DNA of 64,000 bases, taken from NCBI GenBank assembly GCA_963798845.1, contig CAWCUS010000003.1, positions 96,001-160,000 on the forward strand, in the 5' to 3' direction. This DNA comes from an uncultured Gemmatimonadales bacterium. Lineage in GTDB: Bacteria > Gemmatimonadota > Gemmatimonadetes > Longimicrobiales > RSA9. The position numbers and the translations under genes are program-made. Under the pieces are notes generated by a model, which was not told where the DNA came from, searched no databases, and was given only the letters and a program-made list of their open reading frames with translations. Shown piece after piece: positions 36,230 to 46,287 of this stretch (its first letter is position 1; the number at the start of each line of letters is the position of its first letter).

Positions 36230-38468
36230 GAAAGCTGCCGTATACGTCTGTCGCGGGTGCGACATTGGGAAATCGCTGGATCTGGCGTCCCTGGCCGGCG
36301 TGGCCACGGGGGAGCTCGGGATCAGCACGTGCCGCGAGCACGACTGCCTGTGCGGAGACGAGGGGCGTGAGCTGATCGCCGCAGACATCCGTGACGGGGG
36401 CGTGAACACGGCCGTGGTGGCCGCGTGCTCACCCAGGGTGATGTCCGACGTGTTCACCTTCGACGGCGTCTACACCGAGCGGGTGAACCTGCGCGAGCAC
36501 GTGGTGTGGAGCCACGAGCCGAACGACGAGGACACGCAGATGCTGGCGGAGGACTATCTCCGCATGGGCATCGCCCGGGCGCAGAAGGCCGAGCTCCCGG
36601 AGCCGTTCGACGTGGAGATCGAACGTACCATGCTGGTCGTGGGCGGCGGCGTGGCGGGGATGGGGGCGGCGCTGGACGCCGCGAACGCCGGGTACTCGGT
36701 GGTCCTCGTGGAAAAGGAGCCGGAGCTGGGCGGCTGGATGGGGCACTTCGCCCGCCAGATCCCCCACGCCCCGCCCTACCGCGAGCCGCAGCCGTCGGAC
36801 GTGAACGACCGTGTAGCGCTCGTGCGCGCGCACGCGCGCATAACCGTCCACACCGGCGCCACCGTCGGCAGGATCACCGGGCAGCCGGGGCAGTTCGACG
36901 TGGCGCTCTCCGCCAACGGCTCCAGCACGGAACTGCGCGTGGGCGCCATCGTCCAGGCCACGGGCTGGCAGCCGTACGACGCGAACAGGCTGGGCCACCT
37001 GGGCTACGGCAGGTCCCCGGACGTGATCACCAACGTCCAGATGGAGGAGATGATCGCGGCGGGCGCGATCAAGCGGCCCAGTGACGGACAGGTCCCGAAC
37101 AAGATCGCGTTCATCCAGTGCGCCGGCTCGCGGGACAAGGAGCACCTGCCGTACTGCTCGGCCGTGTGCTGCCGCGTGAGCATCAAGCAGGCGCTGGTGG
37201 CGCGGGAGATGGCCCCGGAGGCCGAGGTCTTCGTCCTCTACAAGGACATCCGGACACCGGGCCAGTATGAGGAGCTGTACCGCCGGGCCCAGGAGGACAG
37301 CGGCATCTTCTTCACCAAGGTGGACGTCACCGGGGTGGAGACCAACGGCAAGCTGGTGGTGAAGGGCGAGCACTCGCTCCTGGGCGAGGGTGTGGACGTG
37401 GAGGCGGACCTGGTGGTCCTGGCCACGGGAATGGTGCCACGCTCCGCCGATGGCGAGGCGCTCCGACGTTACACGGACGCGAAGGCGGTGGTGGCGAAGG
37501 ACGAGGCCGGCGCCCAGCTGGACGCGGCCAGAGCCACCGTGGAGGAGATGGCGCATCTGGAGGGCACCTCCGTGCTGAACCTGGGCTACCGACAGGGGCC
37601 GGACCTGCCCACGCTCCGCCATGACTTCCCGGACTCCCATTTCATTTGCTTCCCCTACGAGACGCGGCGCACCGGCATCTACGCCGCCGGCTGCCTGCGT
37701 GCGCCCGAGGACGCGCAGATGGCCGCGGATGACGGCGCCGGCGCGGCCCTCAAGGCCATCCAGACGATGGAGCTCGCCACGCGGGGCGAGGCGGTGCACC
37801 CGCGCTGGGGCGACATGTCGTACCCGTCCTTCTTCCTCCAGCGCTGCACCCAGTGCAAGCGCTGCACGGAGGAGTGCCCGTTCGGCACGCTGAACGAGGA
37901 CATGAAGGGGACGCCGCAGCTCAACCTCACGCGCTGCCGCCGCTGCGGCATCTGCATGGGGGCATGCCCGGAGCGGATCATCTCCTTCAAGGACTACTCG
38001 GTCGACATCGTCAGCTCGATGATCAAGGCGGTGAACATCCCCGACGAGTTCGAGGAGAAGCCCCGCCTGCTGGGGCTCATCTGCGAGAACGACGCGTATC
38101 CGGCGCTGGACACGGCGGGACTCAAGCGAATCCGGCACTCTGCCAACATCCGCTTCGTCCCGGTCCGCTGCCTGGGGAGCGTGAACGTGGTGTGGGTGGC
38201 GGACGCGCTGGCGCGCGGCTTCGACGGCGTGCTGCTCGTCGGCTGCCGCTCGGGCTCCGAGTACCAGTGCCACTACATCCGCGGCAGCGAGCTCATGGAG
38301 ACGCGCAGCAAGAACGTGCGCGAGAAGCTTCAGCAGCTCGCCCTCGAGGAAGAGCGGGTGCGTCTTGAGCAGCTGCCCATCGACCAGTTCGCGCGACTCC
38401 CGGAAATCATCGACGAGTTCGCCGCGCAGATCGATGAGATCGGCCTGAATCCGTTCAAGGGAATGTGA
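36222..38468 (+). CDS. qmoB: QmoB (HdrA-MvhD fusion)
   Basis: VAACSPR, QCAGSRD, DSHFICFPYETRRTGIY, CTQCKRCTEECP and MvhD CENDAYPA..VRCLGS..CHY. GTG start 36222. Confidence 0.95.
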   Translation: MDKKAAVYVCRGCDIGKSLDLASLAGVATGELGISTCREHDCLCGDEGRELIAADIRDGGVNTAVVAACSPRVMSDVFTFDGVYTERVNLREHVVWSHEPNDEDTQMLAEDYLRMGIARAQKAELPEPFDVEIERTMLVVGGGVAGMGAALDAANAGYSVVLVEKEPELGGWMGHFARQIPHAPPYREPQPSDVNDRVALVRAHARITVHTGATVGRITGQPGQFDVALSANGSSTELRVGAIVQATGWQPYDANRLGHLGYGRSPDVITNVQMEEMIAAGAIKRPSDGQVPNKIAFIQCAGSRDKEHLPYCSAVCCRVSIKQALVAREMAPEAEVFVLYKDIRTPGQYEELYRRAQEDSGIFFTKVDVTGVETNGKLVVKGEHSLLGEGVDVEADLVVLATGMVPRSADGEALRRYTDAKAVVAKDEAGAQLDAARATVEEMAHLEGTSVLNLGYRQGPDLPTLRHDFPDSHFICFPYETRRTGIYAAGCLRAPEDAQMAADDGAGAALKAIQTMELATRGEAVHPRWGDMSYPSFFLQRCTQCKRCTEECPFGTLNEDMKGTPQLNLTRCRRCGICMGACPERIISFKDYSVDIVSSMIKAVNIPDEFEEKPRLLGLICENDAYPALDTAGLKRIRHSANIRFVPVRCLGSVNVVWVADALARGFDGVLLVGCRSGSEYQCHYIRGSELMETRSKNVREKLQQLALEEERVRLEQLPIDQFARLPEIIDEFAAQIDEIGLNPFKGM

Positions 38469-38476
38469 GGAGAGCC

Positions 38477-39695
38477 ATGTCCCAGACCCTGCTCCTCGAG
38501 CCCGACCGCGCGTTCATCGACGCCGTACTGGCGTCCGGGGGTGGCGACCTGAAGAAGTGCATGCAGTGCGCCACGTGCTCCGCCGTCTGCGGCCTCTCCA
38601 TGGACGGGGATCCGTTCCCGCGCAAGGAGATGCACTGGGCGCAGTGGGGGCTCAAGGACCGTCTCATGGCGGACCCGGACATTCTGGCTCTGCCACCAGT
38701 GCAACGACTGCTCCCGCCGGTGTCCGCGACAGGCTCGCCCGGGAGACGTGCTGGCCGCAGTGCGACAGCAGGCGGTGCAGCACTATGCGTTTCCGCGCTT
38801 TCTCGGGCGCTGGGTGAATCACCTGCCCACGCTCCCGCTCATGCTCTTCATCCCGTCCGTGCTCCTCGCCCTGGCGCTCCTGGTACGCGACCCCCTCGCC
38901 CAGTCGCTCAGGGTCGGGGAGCCGGACGGGTTTTACGCTGAATTCTTCCCGCACTGGCTGCTCATTGGCTTCTTCTCCCTGTTCGTGGGCCTTGCCCTCG
39001 TCGGGGCGGCGGTCGGCGCTGTGCGATTCTGGGGGGCGATGAAGGCGGCCGACGCCGGCAACGACGTGGTCCGCAACGGCGCGACCGTGCCCGCCAGCAT
39101 CGGCCGGGCCGTCGCATCCATTTTCCGCCACGACCGTTTCGCCGAATGCGAGGCGCGGCGGTCGCGGCGCTGGACGCACCTGCTGGCATTCTACGGCTTC
39201 CTCGCCCTGTTCGTGACCACTGTCTGGGCGGTGATCGACCTGTACGCCTTCCCGCTGATGGGGCTGGAGTCGGGTTACCCGTTCGGCCTCACTCACCCGG
39301 TGAAGTTCCTGGCCAACGCCGGGGCGCTGCTCCTGGTGGCGGGCGCCGGGAAGGCGCTGTGGGACCGGGCGAGGGCGGGCGGTGGGGTCGAGACCAGCAC
39401 GTCTTTCGACTGGATCTTCGCCTGGCTGCTCCTGACCATCGGCGTCACCGGTCTGGTGACCGAGGCGCTGCGGTTCGTGGCCGATCCAGGCGCGGGCGCC
39501 ACGCTCACGGCGACGGCGTACTCGCTGTACTACGTGCACCTGGTGCTGGTGTTCGCGCTCCTGGTCTACCTCCCGTACTCGAAGTTCGCCCACGTGCTCT
39601 ACCGCACCGTGGCGCTCGTGTATGCGGAGCATACGGGTCGTACGCGGGGGCCGGGCCGCGCGGCGGTGGCGGCTCCGGCGGTAATCAATGCATAG
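38477..39695 (+). pseudogene. qmoC: QmoC membrane subunit interrupted by a +1 frameshift (pseudogene or sequencing error)
   Basis: CMQCATCSAVC..PFPRKEM.WAQWG in one frame. WLCHQCNDCSRRCPR and the TM domain (YLPYSKFAH) are in the next frame. One extra base in GAC ATT C TGG at 38678-38687. Confidence 0.9.
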
Positions 39696-39742
39696 CCCCA
39701 CCGGGGGCGAACGGGGACTCCTAACGCGATGAGGGAACGGAC

Positions 39743-40969
39743 ATGAGCCAGCTCGTGAATCCGCACGGCAAGGAAAAGAAGCTCAAGCCCCTCCTGCTGG
39801 AGGGCGAGGAGCTCAAGGACGCGCAGCAGAAGGTCCCGACGCTGAAGAAGATCCCCATCACGTCGAGGGAGGCGGGCGACGCCATCATGCTGGGCATCGG
39901 CGGCTTCACCCCCCTGGACGGGTTCATGGGGAAGGCCGACTGGAAGGGCGTCGTCACGGACATGCAGATGACGGACGGCACGTTCTGGCCGATCCCGATC
40001 ACGCTGTCCGCGTCGAAGGCGGACTCGGACACGATCCGGGAGGGCGAGGAAGTCGTCCTGCTGGACGTGGAGACGGGGACCGACCTGGCGATCCTGAAGG
40101 TCACGGAGAAGTACACGATCGACAAGGAGCTGGAGTGCAAGGAGGTCTTCAGGACCGCCGATCCGGAGCACCCCGGCGTGGCGCAGGTGATGGCGCAGAA
40201 GGAAGTCAACCTGGCCGGCACGCTCCAGGTGCTGAGCGAGAGCTACTTCCCCGTCGAGTTCGGCGACGTCTACATGCGTCCGGCGGAATCGCGGAAGCTG
40301 TTCGAGGAGCGCGGGTGGCGGACCGTGGCAGCGCTGCAGCTGCGCAACCCGATGCACCGCTCCCACGAGTACCTGGCGAAGATCGCGCTGGAGGTCCTGG
40401 ACGGGCTCTTCATCGACCAGCTCGTGGGCAAGCTCAAGCCCGGCGACATCCCGGCGGACGTGCGCGTGAGGTGCATCGACACGCTGGTGGAGAACTACTT
40501 CGTCAAGAACTCGGCCATCCAGGGCGGCTACCCGCTGGACATGCGCTACGCCGGTCCGCGTGAGGCGCTGCTCCATGCCCTGTTCCGCCAGAACTACGGC
40601 TGCAGCCACCTCATCGTCGGCCGGGACCATGCCGGCGTGGGCGACTACTACGGGCCGTTCGACGCGCAGGAGATCTTCAACCAGATCCCCGAGGGCGCGC
40701 TGGAGACGCAGCCGCTGAAGATCGACTGGACGTTCTACTGCCACAAGTGCCGCGGCATGGCTTCGATGAAGACCTGCCCCCACGGCAAGGAAGACCGGCT
40801 GCTGCTGAGTGGCACCGTGCTGCGGAAGACGCTCTCCGAGGGCGGCGATCCGCCGGCGGATTTCAGCCGTCCCGAGGTGCTGGCGATCCTGAAGGAGTAC
40901 TACGCCAACCTCGAGGAGAAGGTGGAAGTGAAGCTGCACGGCGCCGCTACGGGCGCGGCGGCGAAGTAG
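39743..40969 (+). CDS. sat: Sulfate adenylyltransferase
   Basis: [41 protein letters not shown] and CHKC...CPH. Confidence 0.97.
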   Translation: MSQLVNPHGKEKKLKPLLLEGEELKDAQQKVPTLKKIPITSREAGDAIMLGIGGFTPLDGFMGKADWKGVVTDMQMTDGTFWPIPITLSASKADSDTIREGEEVVLLDVETGTDLAILKVTEKYTIDKELECKEVFRTADPEHPGVAQVMAQKEVNLAGTLQVLSESYFPVEFGDVYMRPAESRKLFEERGWRTVAALQLRNPMHRSHEYLAKIALEVLDGLFIDQLVGKLKPGDIPADVRVRCIDTLVENYFVKNSAIQGGYPLDMRYAGPREALLHALFRQNYGCSHLIVGRDHAGVGDYYGPFDAQEIFNQIPEGALETQPLKIDWTFYCHKCRGMASMKTCPHGKEDRLLLSGTVLRKTLSEGGDPPADFSRPEVLAILKEYYANLEEKVEVKLHGAATGAAAK

Positions 40970-40997
40970 GACAACGGCGACGGGTGAGGGTGAGGCA

Positions 40998-41384
40998 ATG
41001 GACCTGATCACAGTCTCCAGGCAGTCCGGACTGCAGTTCGAGATCCGGGTGCGGAGCCATTCGGTGCGGAGCGACTTCTCGGTGGATGACGGCGGCGAGG
41101 ATGCCGGCCCGTCGCCGTCGGAGCTCTTCGCCGGCTCGCTGGGGGCGTGCATCGCGATGATGGTCCAGGGCTACTGCGACCGTCACGGCCACGGCGACGT
41201 GGAAGTGGCGATGACAGTGGAGCTGGGCACGGATCCGAAGCGGATCGCGGCCATCGCGGTGGACGTGGAGCTACCCCGGGAAGTCCCGGAGGCGGAGCTC
41301 CCGGTCCTGCGCCGGATCGCGGAAACCTGCGTGATCCATCACACCCTCGCCCGGCCGCCCCGGGTTGACATCGAGTTCGTGTAG
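40998..41384 (+). CDS. OsmC family protein
   Basis: GG.DAGPSPSEL..SLGAC and ETCVIHHTL. Confidence 0.85.
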   Translation: MDLITVSRQSGLQFEIRVRSHSVRSDFSVDDGGEDAGPSPSELFAGSLGACIAMMVQGYCDRHGHGDVEVAMTVELGTDPKRIAAIAVDVELPREVPEAELPVLRRIAETCVIHHTLARPPRVDIEFV

Positions 41385-41437
41385 CGCGCCTGCGGCCGAC
41401 GGGCGGCGGCAACGCGGCACGTAAAACAGGAGGAATC

Positions 41438-41752
41438 ATGGAGACGCAGCTCGGCGGTAAGACGATGGAGATCGACGAGGACGGGTTCATCCAGGACCCG
41501 ACCCAGTGGGACGAGGCGGTGGCCGCGGACCTCGCGAAGACCGAGGGCGTGGATCAGCTGACCGACCAGCACTGGAAGCTCGTGAACTATCTGCGGCAGT
41601 ACTACCTGGACTACAACATGGCTCCGATGATCCGGAAGCTGTGCAAGGAGACCGGGTTGAAGCTGAAGGACGTGTACGACCTGTTCCCCAGCGGCCCGGC
41701 CAAGGGCGCGTGCAAGGTGGCCGGGCTGCCGAAGCCCACCGGCTGCGTCTGA
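41438..41752 (+). CDS. dsrC: Sulfur carrier DsrC
   Basis: LFPSGPAKGACKVAGLPKPTGCV, with both C-terminal Cys. Confidence 0.97.
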   Translation: METQLGGKTMEIDEDGFIQDPTQWDEAVAADLAKTEGVDQLTDQHWKLVNYLRQYYLDYNMAPMIRKLCKETGLKLKDVYDLFPSGPAKGACKVAGLPKPTGCV

Positions 41753-41816
41753 GGGAGGATCCCCCCGGCGGCGCGGGGCCGAACGGCCCCGCAGCCGTCG
41801 GAAGGAGCGAATTGCG

Positions 41817-42395
41817 ATGAGCACGATGCGACAGGTCCTGGAAACGAAGAAGGACGCCGTCCTCGAGCGCTGGCTCGACGACGTGGTCGCCGCGTACCCC
41901 AACGAAGGGGGAGCCTTCTTCCGCGTCCGGCGCAACCAGTTCGCGAACCCGGTGGGGCACAGTATCCGGGAAGGCACGCGGGCGGTGCTCGACGGCGTGC
42001 TGACGGGAGCGGCCCTGGACGCGTTCCGGGTACCGCTCGCCGCCATGCTGCGGGTCCGCGCCGTTCAGGAGATGTCGGCGTCACAGGCGGTGGGCTTCGT
42101 TCTGGGGCTGAAGCGGGCGATCCGTGCGGAAGCGGGTGAGCCGGAGAACTGCGCCCGGGCGGAGGAGCTGGTGGCGCTGGAGGAGGCGGTGGACCGGGTC
42201 GCCCTGCTGGGGTTCGACCTGTTCACCGAGGTGCGCGAAGAGCTGGCCCGGGTCCGCATCCGGGAGATGGAGCGACACGTGTCCTGGATCACGAGCCGGC
42301 TCAACGCCAGTGACACCCGCCCGCGCGGGGAATGGGGCGAGGCCGACGAGGACGCACCCGAAGACACGAAAGTGAGGCGAGGGACTCTCCCATGA
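41817..42395 (+). CDS. dsrT: DsrT (RsbRD N-terminal domain)
   Basis: QFANPVG and RVRAVQE..SQAVGF. Located directly before dsrM. Confidence 0.9.
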   Translation: MSTMRQVLETKKDAVLERWLDDVVAAYPNEGGAFFRVRRNQFANPVGHSIREGTRAVLDGVLTGAALDAFRVPLAAMLRVRAVQEMSASQAVGFVLGLKRAIRAEAGEPENCARAEELVALEEAVDRVALLGFDLFTEVREELARVRIREMERHVSWITSRLNASDTRPRGEWGEADEDAPEDTKVRRGTLP

Positions 42396-43381
42396 AGGTG
42401 ATTCTTCCCCTGCTGGTCGTGGCGGCCCTGTTCGTGACGGGCCTGCTCGGCGCATCGGTGGCGTCCGGCTGGGTCTTCGGCGTGGTGATCCCGTACGTGG
42501 CGGTCACCATCCTGTTCACCGGGCTCATCTACCGGGTCCTCGCCTGGGCCGCGGTGCCCGTGCCGTTCCGGATCACGACGACGAGCGGACAGCAGAAGTC
42601 GCTCCCATGGATCCGTCGGAACGCGCTGGACAACCCCAGCGGCAGGGCGGGCGTGATCGGCCGGATGGTGCTCGAGGTCTGCTGCTTCCGCTCGCTGCTC
42701 AAGAACACCCGGACCGAGATGGTGCCCGGGAAGGGGCTGGTCTACGCCACGTCGCTCACGCTCTGGCTGGCGGCGATGGCCATGCACTGGTCGCTGCTCG
42801 TGATCGTGACTCGCCACCTGCGCCTGTTCACGGAGCCGGTCCCCGGCTTCGTGCCGGCGATCGAGGGTCTCGACGGGTTCCTCGAGGTGGGTCTGCCGGT
42901 GTTCTACCTCACGAGCGTGCTCTTCCTGCTGGCGGCCGGCTACCTGCTCTACCGGCGCCTCTCGGATCCGCGCGTGCGGTACATCTCTCTGTTCGGCGAC
43001 TACTTCCCGCTCTTCCTTCTCCTGGGGATCGGCCTCAGCGGATTCTGGCTGCGCCACCTGGGCCGCACCGACGTGCGCGCCATCAAGGAGCTCGCGCTGG
43101 GCCTGGTCAACTTCGCCCCCGCCGTGCCGCACGGGATCGCGCCGCTCTTCTTCGGCCACCTGTTCCTCGTGTCCGTGCTGGTGGCCTACTTCCCGTTCAG
43201 CAAGCTGGTCCACGCCCCCGGCGTGTTCCTGAGCCCGACGCGCAACCTGGCGAACACCAACCGCCGCGTCCGGCACGTGAACCCGTGGGATTATCCGGTC
43301 CCCGTGCACACCTACGAGGAGTACGAGGACGAGTTCAGGGAGAAGATGATCGCTGCCGGTATCCCGGTGGAGAAATCATAG
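42392..43381 (+). CDS. dsrM: DsrM membrane cytochrome b
   Basis: PVPFRITTT.GQQKSL, FRSLLKNT, HWS...RHLR and YFPFSKLVH....SPTRN. Confidence 0.95.
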   Translation: MKVILPLLVVAALFVTGLLGASVASGWVFGVVIPYVAVTILFTGLIYRVLAWAAVPVPFRITTTSGQQKSLPWIRRNALDNPSGRAGVIGRMVLEVCCFRSLLKNTRTEMVPGKGLVYATSLTLWLAAMAMHWSLLVIVTRHLRLFTEPVPGFVPAIEGLDGFLEVGLPVFYLTSVLFLLAAGYLLYRRLSDPRVRYISLFGDYFPLFLLLGIGLSGFWLRHLGRTDVRAIKELALGLVNFAPAVPHGIAPLFFGHLFLVSVLVAYFPFSKLVHAPGVFLSPTRNLANTNRRVRHVNPWDYPVPVHTYEEYEDEFREKMIAAGIPVEKS

Positions 43382-43383
43382 CC

Positions 43384-45069
43384 ATGTCGCGCTTCGACGA
43401 TCCGGAACACTACGAGAAGGACGAGCTCCTGGGGGTGGACTGGACCCCACCCTCGTCGCCCTGGATGGACACGCCCGTCCAGATCCAGCCGGGCCGCTTC
43501 ATCTACCCCGGGAAAGCCAAGAACCTGGAGGCGCTGGGCCTGCCCAACGCCCGGGAGTGGGCGGTCACGGACGTGGACTGGAAGCTCCCGCACGACTGGC
43601 AGCGGATCATCCTGGAAGGGATGGCCGAACGGCTCAAGAAGTACCGCAGTTTCAAGCTATACATGGACATCTGCGTCCGCTGCGGTGCCTGCGCCGACAA
43701 GTGCCACTTCTTCATCGGCGGCGGGGACCCCAAGAACATGCCCGTGCTCCGGGCCGAGCTGCTGCGCTCCATCTATCGCCACGACTTCACGGCAATGGGG
43801 AAGGTGTTCGGGAAGATGGCGGGCGCGCGGCCGCTCACGGAGGACGTGATCAAGGAGTGGTTCTACTACTTCTTCCAGTGTACGGAGTGCCGGCGCTGCT
43901 CGGTCTTCTGTCCGTACGGCATCGACACGGCCGAGATCACCATGATGGGGCGCGAGCTGCTGGGGCTGCTCGGGCTGTACGTGAACTGGGTGATCGAGCC
44001 CGTGGCCAACTGCTCGCGCACCGGCAACCACCTGGGCATCCCGCCGCACGGCCTGGTGGACACCCTCGAGTTCATGCGGGACGACATTGAGGAGGCCACC
44101 GGGATCCGCGTGGACCTGCCCATCAACAAGAAGGGCGCCGAGATCCTCTTCGTCACGCCCTCGGGCGACTACGTGGCGGCGCCGGGCATCTACACGTGCA
44201 TGTCGTACATGCTCCTCTTCCACGAGCTGGGCATCGACTACACGTGGAGCACCTACGCGTCGGAGGGCGGGAACTTCGGGCTGTTCACGTCGCACGAGAT
44301 GATCAAGCGCCTCAACGCGAAGATGTACCGGGAGGCCAAGCGGCTCGGGGTGAAGTGGATCCTGGGCGGCGAGTGCGGCCACATGTGGCGCGTCGTCAAC
44401 CAGTACATGGACACCGTCAACGGGCCGGCCGATTTCCTGGAAGTCCCGAAGTCGCCCGTCACGGGAACCGTGTTCGAGAACGCCCGCTCGACCAAGATGG
44501 TCCACCTGATGGAGTTTCTGGCGGACGTGATCCGGCACGACAAGCTCGAGCTCGACCCATCGAGGAACGACCACATCCGGGTCACCTTCCACGACTCCTG
44601 CAACCCCGCCCGGGCGATGGGGATCTTCGAGGAGCCGCGTTACGTGATCCGAAACGTGTGCAACCACTTCTACGAGATGCCGGCCAACACGATCCGCGAG
44701 CAGACCTTCTGCTGCGGCGGCGGCGCCGGTCTGGGCACGGACGAGAACATGGAGATGCGGCTCCGCGGCGGCATGCCGCGGGGGCTGGCCGTCCGCCACG
44801 TCCAGGAGAAGCACGGCGTGAACCAGCTGGCGGCCATGTGTGCCATCGACCGGGCCACGTTGAGCACCGTTTGCGACTACTGGGCTCCGGGCGTCCAGGT
44901 CACCGGGATCAGCGAGCTGGTGGCCAACGCCACCGTGTTCAAGGGCGAGAAGCGCCGCCCCATCAATCTCCGCCTCGAGCCGATTCCGGGGATGGAGGAG
45001 GAGCCGGAAATCGACGAGCCGCGCGCCGAGCCAGTCCCGGTCGCGGCGGGAGGTGCCGTCCATGGGTGA
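43384..45069 (+). CDS. dsrK: DsrK
   Basis: CVRCGACADKC, CTECRRCSVFCP, GECGHMWR, FHDSCN and FCCGGGAG. Start ATG 43384. Confidence 0.96.
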   Translation: MSRFDDPEHYEKDELLGVDWTPPSSPWMDTPVQIQPGRFIYPGKAKNLEALGLPNAREWAVTDVDWKLPHDWQRIILEGMAERLKKYRSFKLYMDICVRCGACADKCHFFIGGGDPKNMPVLRAELLRSIYRHDFTAMGKVFGKMAGARPLTEDVIKEWFYYFFQCTECRRCSVFCPYGIDTAEITMMGRELLGLLGLYVNWVIEPVANCSRTGNHLGIPPHGLVDTLEFMRDDIEEATGIRVDLPINKKGAEILFVTPSGDYVAAPGIYTCMSYMLLFHELGIDYTWSTYASEGGNFGLFTSHEMIKRLNAKMYREAKRLGVKWILGGECGHMWRVVNQYMDTVNGPADFLEVPKSPVTGTVFENARSTKMVHLMEFLADVIRHDKLELDPSRNDHIRVTFHDSCNPARAMGIFEEPRYVIRNVCNHFYEMPANTIREQTFCCGGGAGLGTDENMEMRLRGGMPRGLAVRHVQEKHGVNQLAAMCAIDRATLSTVCDYWAPGVQVTGISELVANATVFKGEKRRPINLRLEPIPGMEEEPEIDEPRAEPVPVAAGGAVHG

Positions 45070-45430
45070 CCGCAAGTGGATCTACACGGGCCTCGGCCTC
45101 TTCCTGGCCGTGGCGCTCCTCCCGATCTGGCGCGCCGTCGCGTCGGACACCGACCGCACGCCGCCCGTGCTGGAGCTGCCGGACTCGGCGGCCTGCGTGG
45201 AGGACACGGCGTTCATGATCCCGAACCACCCCGCGCTGCTGAACGAGTGGCGCACGCGCGTGGTGCGGAACGGAGAGAAGGAGTACACGGCGTCGGACGG
45301 GAAGACCTACACCATGAGCCTGACCGGCACGTGCATGGGGTGTCACGAAAACCGCGGAACGTTCTGCCAGCGCTGTCACGACTACGCGGACGTTCAGCCC
45401 ACTTGCTGGAACTGCCATGTCGAACCGTGA
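45062..45430 (+). CDS. dsrJ: DsrJ triheme cytochrome c
   Basis: N-terminal anchor, CVE, WR..VVR, CMGCH, CQRCH and CWNCH. Confidence 0.92.
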   Translation: MGDRKWIYTGLGLFLAVALLPIWRAVASDTDRTPPVLELPDSAACVEDTAFMIPNHPALLNEWRTRVVRNGEKEYTASDGKTYTMSLTGTCMGCHENRGTFCQRCHDYADVQPTCWNCHVEP

Positions 45431-46280
45431 TCGCGAGGAAGGGCCCCGGAGCGGGACGGACCGGCGCACCTTCCTGAAAGAGGCGGGGTCCGCGGCGCTC
45501 GGCCTGGGCTGGGGCCTGCCCATCCTCACGGCTGCATGCACCCGGGCCGGAGCCACGCAGGCGACGGAGGCCGGGGCCGCCCGTGCGGGCGCCGAGGCCG
45601 GCGCCGCCCATCAGCTGGCCATGGTGGTGGACGTGGAGAAGTGCCGCGCGGACGCGGTGCGGGAGGCGGCGACGGAAGCGTGCCGCCGCGCGCACAACAT
45701 CCCCCGGATTCCCGACCCCGATGACGAGGTCAAGTGGGTCTGGAGCGAGAAGTACGAGAGGGTTTTCGAGGACCGCGTCCACGCTCACATGGGGGAGGAG
45801 CGACTCGAGACGCCGGTCCTGGTGATGTGCAACCAATGCACCAACCCGCCGTGCGTCCGGGTGTGCCCCACGCAGGCGACCTACAAGCGCGAGTCCGACG
45901 GCATCGTGATGATGGACATGCACCGGTGCATCGGCTGCCGGTACTGCATGGCCGCGTGCCCGTTCGGGGCGCGCAGCTTCAACTGGCGCGATCCCCGTCC
46001 GTACGTCGAAACGGACGCCAATGGGAAGTACCTCTCCGACTACCCGACGCGCACGCGGGGCGTGGTGGAGAAGTGCGACCTGTGTGCGGAGCGGCTTCGT
46101 GACGGTCAGCTGCCGGCGTGCGTGGCGGCGGCGGCCACCGTGCCGGGCGGCGAGGGCGCGCTGCTGTTCGGGGACGTGGCCGACCCGTCGTCCGAGGTCA
46201 GCCGCGTTCTGAGGGAGAGGGAGAGCGCAGTCCGGCGTGCCGAGCTGGGCACCGGTCCCAACGTCTACTACCTGGTCTGA
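45417..46280 (+). CDS. dsrO: DsrO Fe-S protein with Tat signal
   Basis: DRRTFLK, CNQCTNPPCVRVCP, CIGCRYCMAACP, GVVEKC and LGTGPNVYY. Confidence 0.93.
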   Translation: MSNRDREEGPRSGTDRRTFLKEAGSAALGLGWGLPILTAACTRAGATQATEAGAARAGAEAGAAHQLAMVVDVEKCRADAVREAATEACRRAHNIPRIPDPDDEVKWVWSEKYERVFEDRVHAHMGEERLETPVLVMCNQCTNPPCVRVCPTQATYKRESDGIVMMDMHRCIGCRYCMAACPFGARSFNWRDPRPYVETDANGKYLSDYPTRTRGVVEKCDLCAERLRDGQLPACVAAAATVPGGEGALLFGDVADPSSEVSRVLRERESAVRRAELGTGPNVYYLV

Positions 46281-46287
46281 GGCGAAC

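Noticed and set aside
45620..45700. Degenerate first Fe-S motif in DsrO
   Set aside because: From recollection, loss of these cysteines is common among DsrO proteins, so it is not distinctive.
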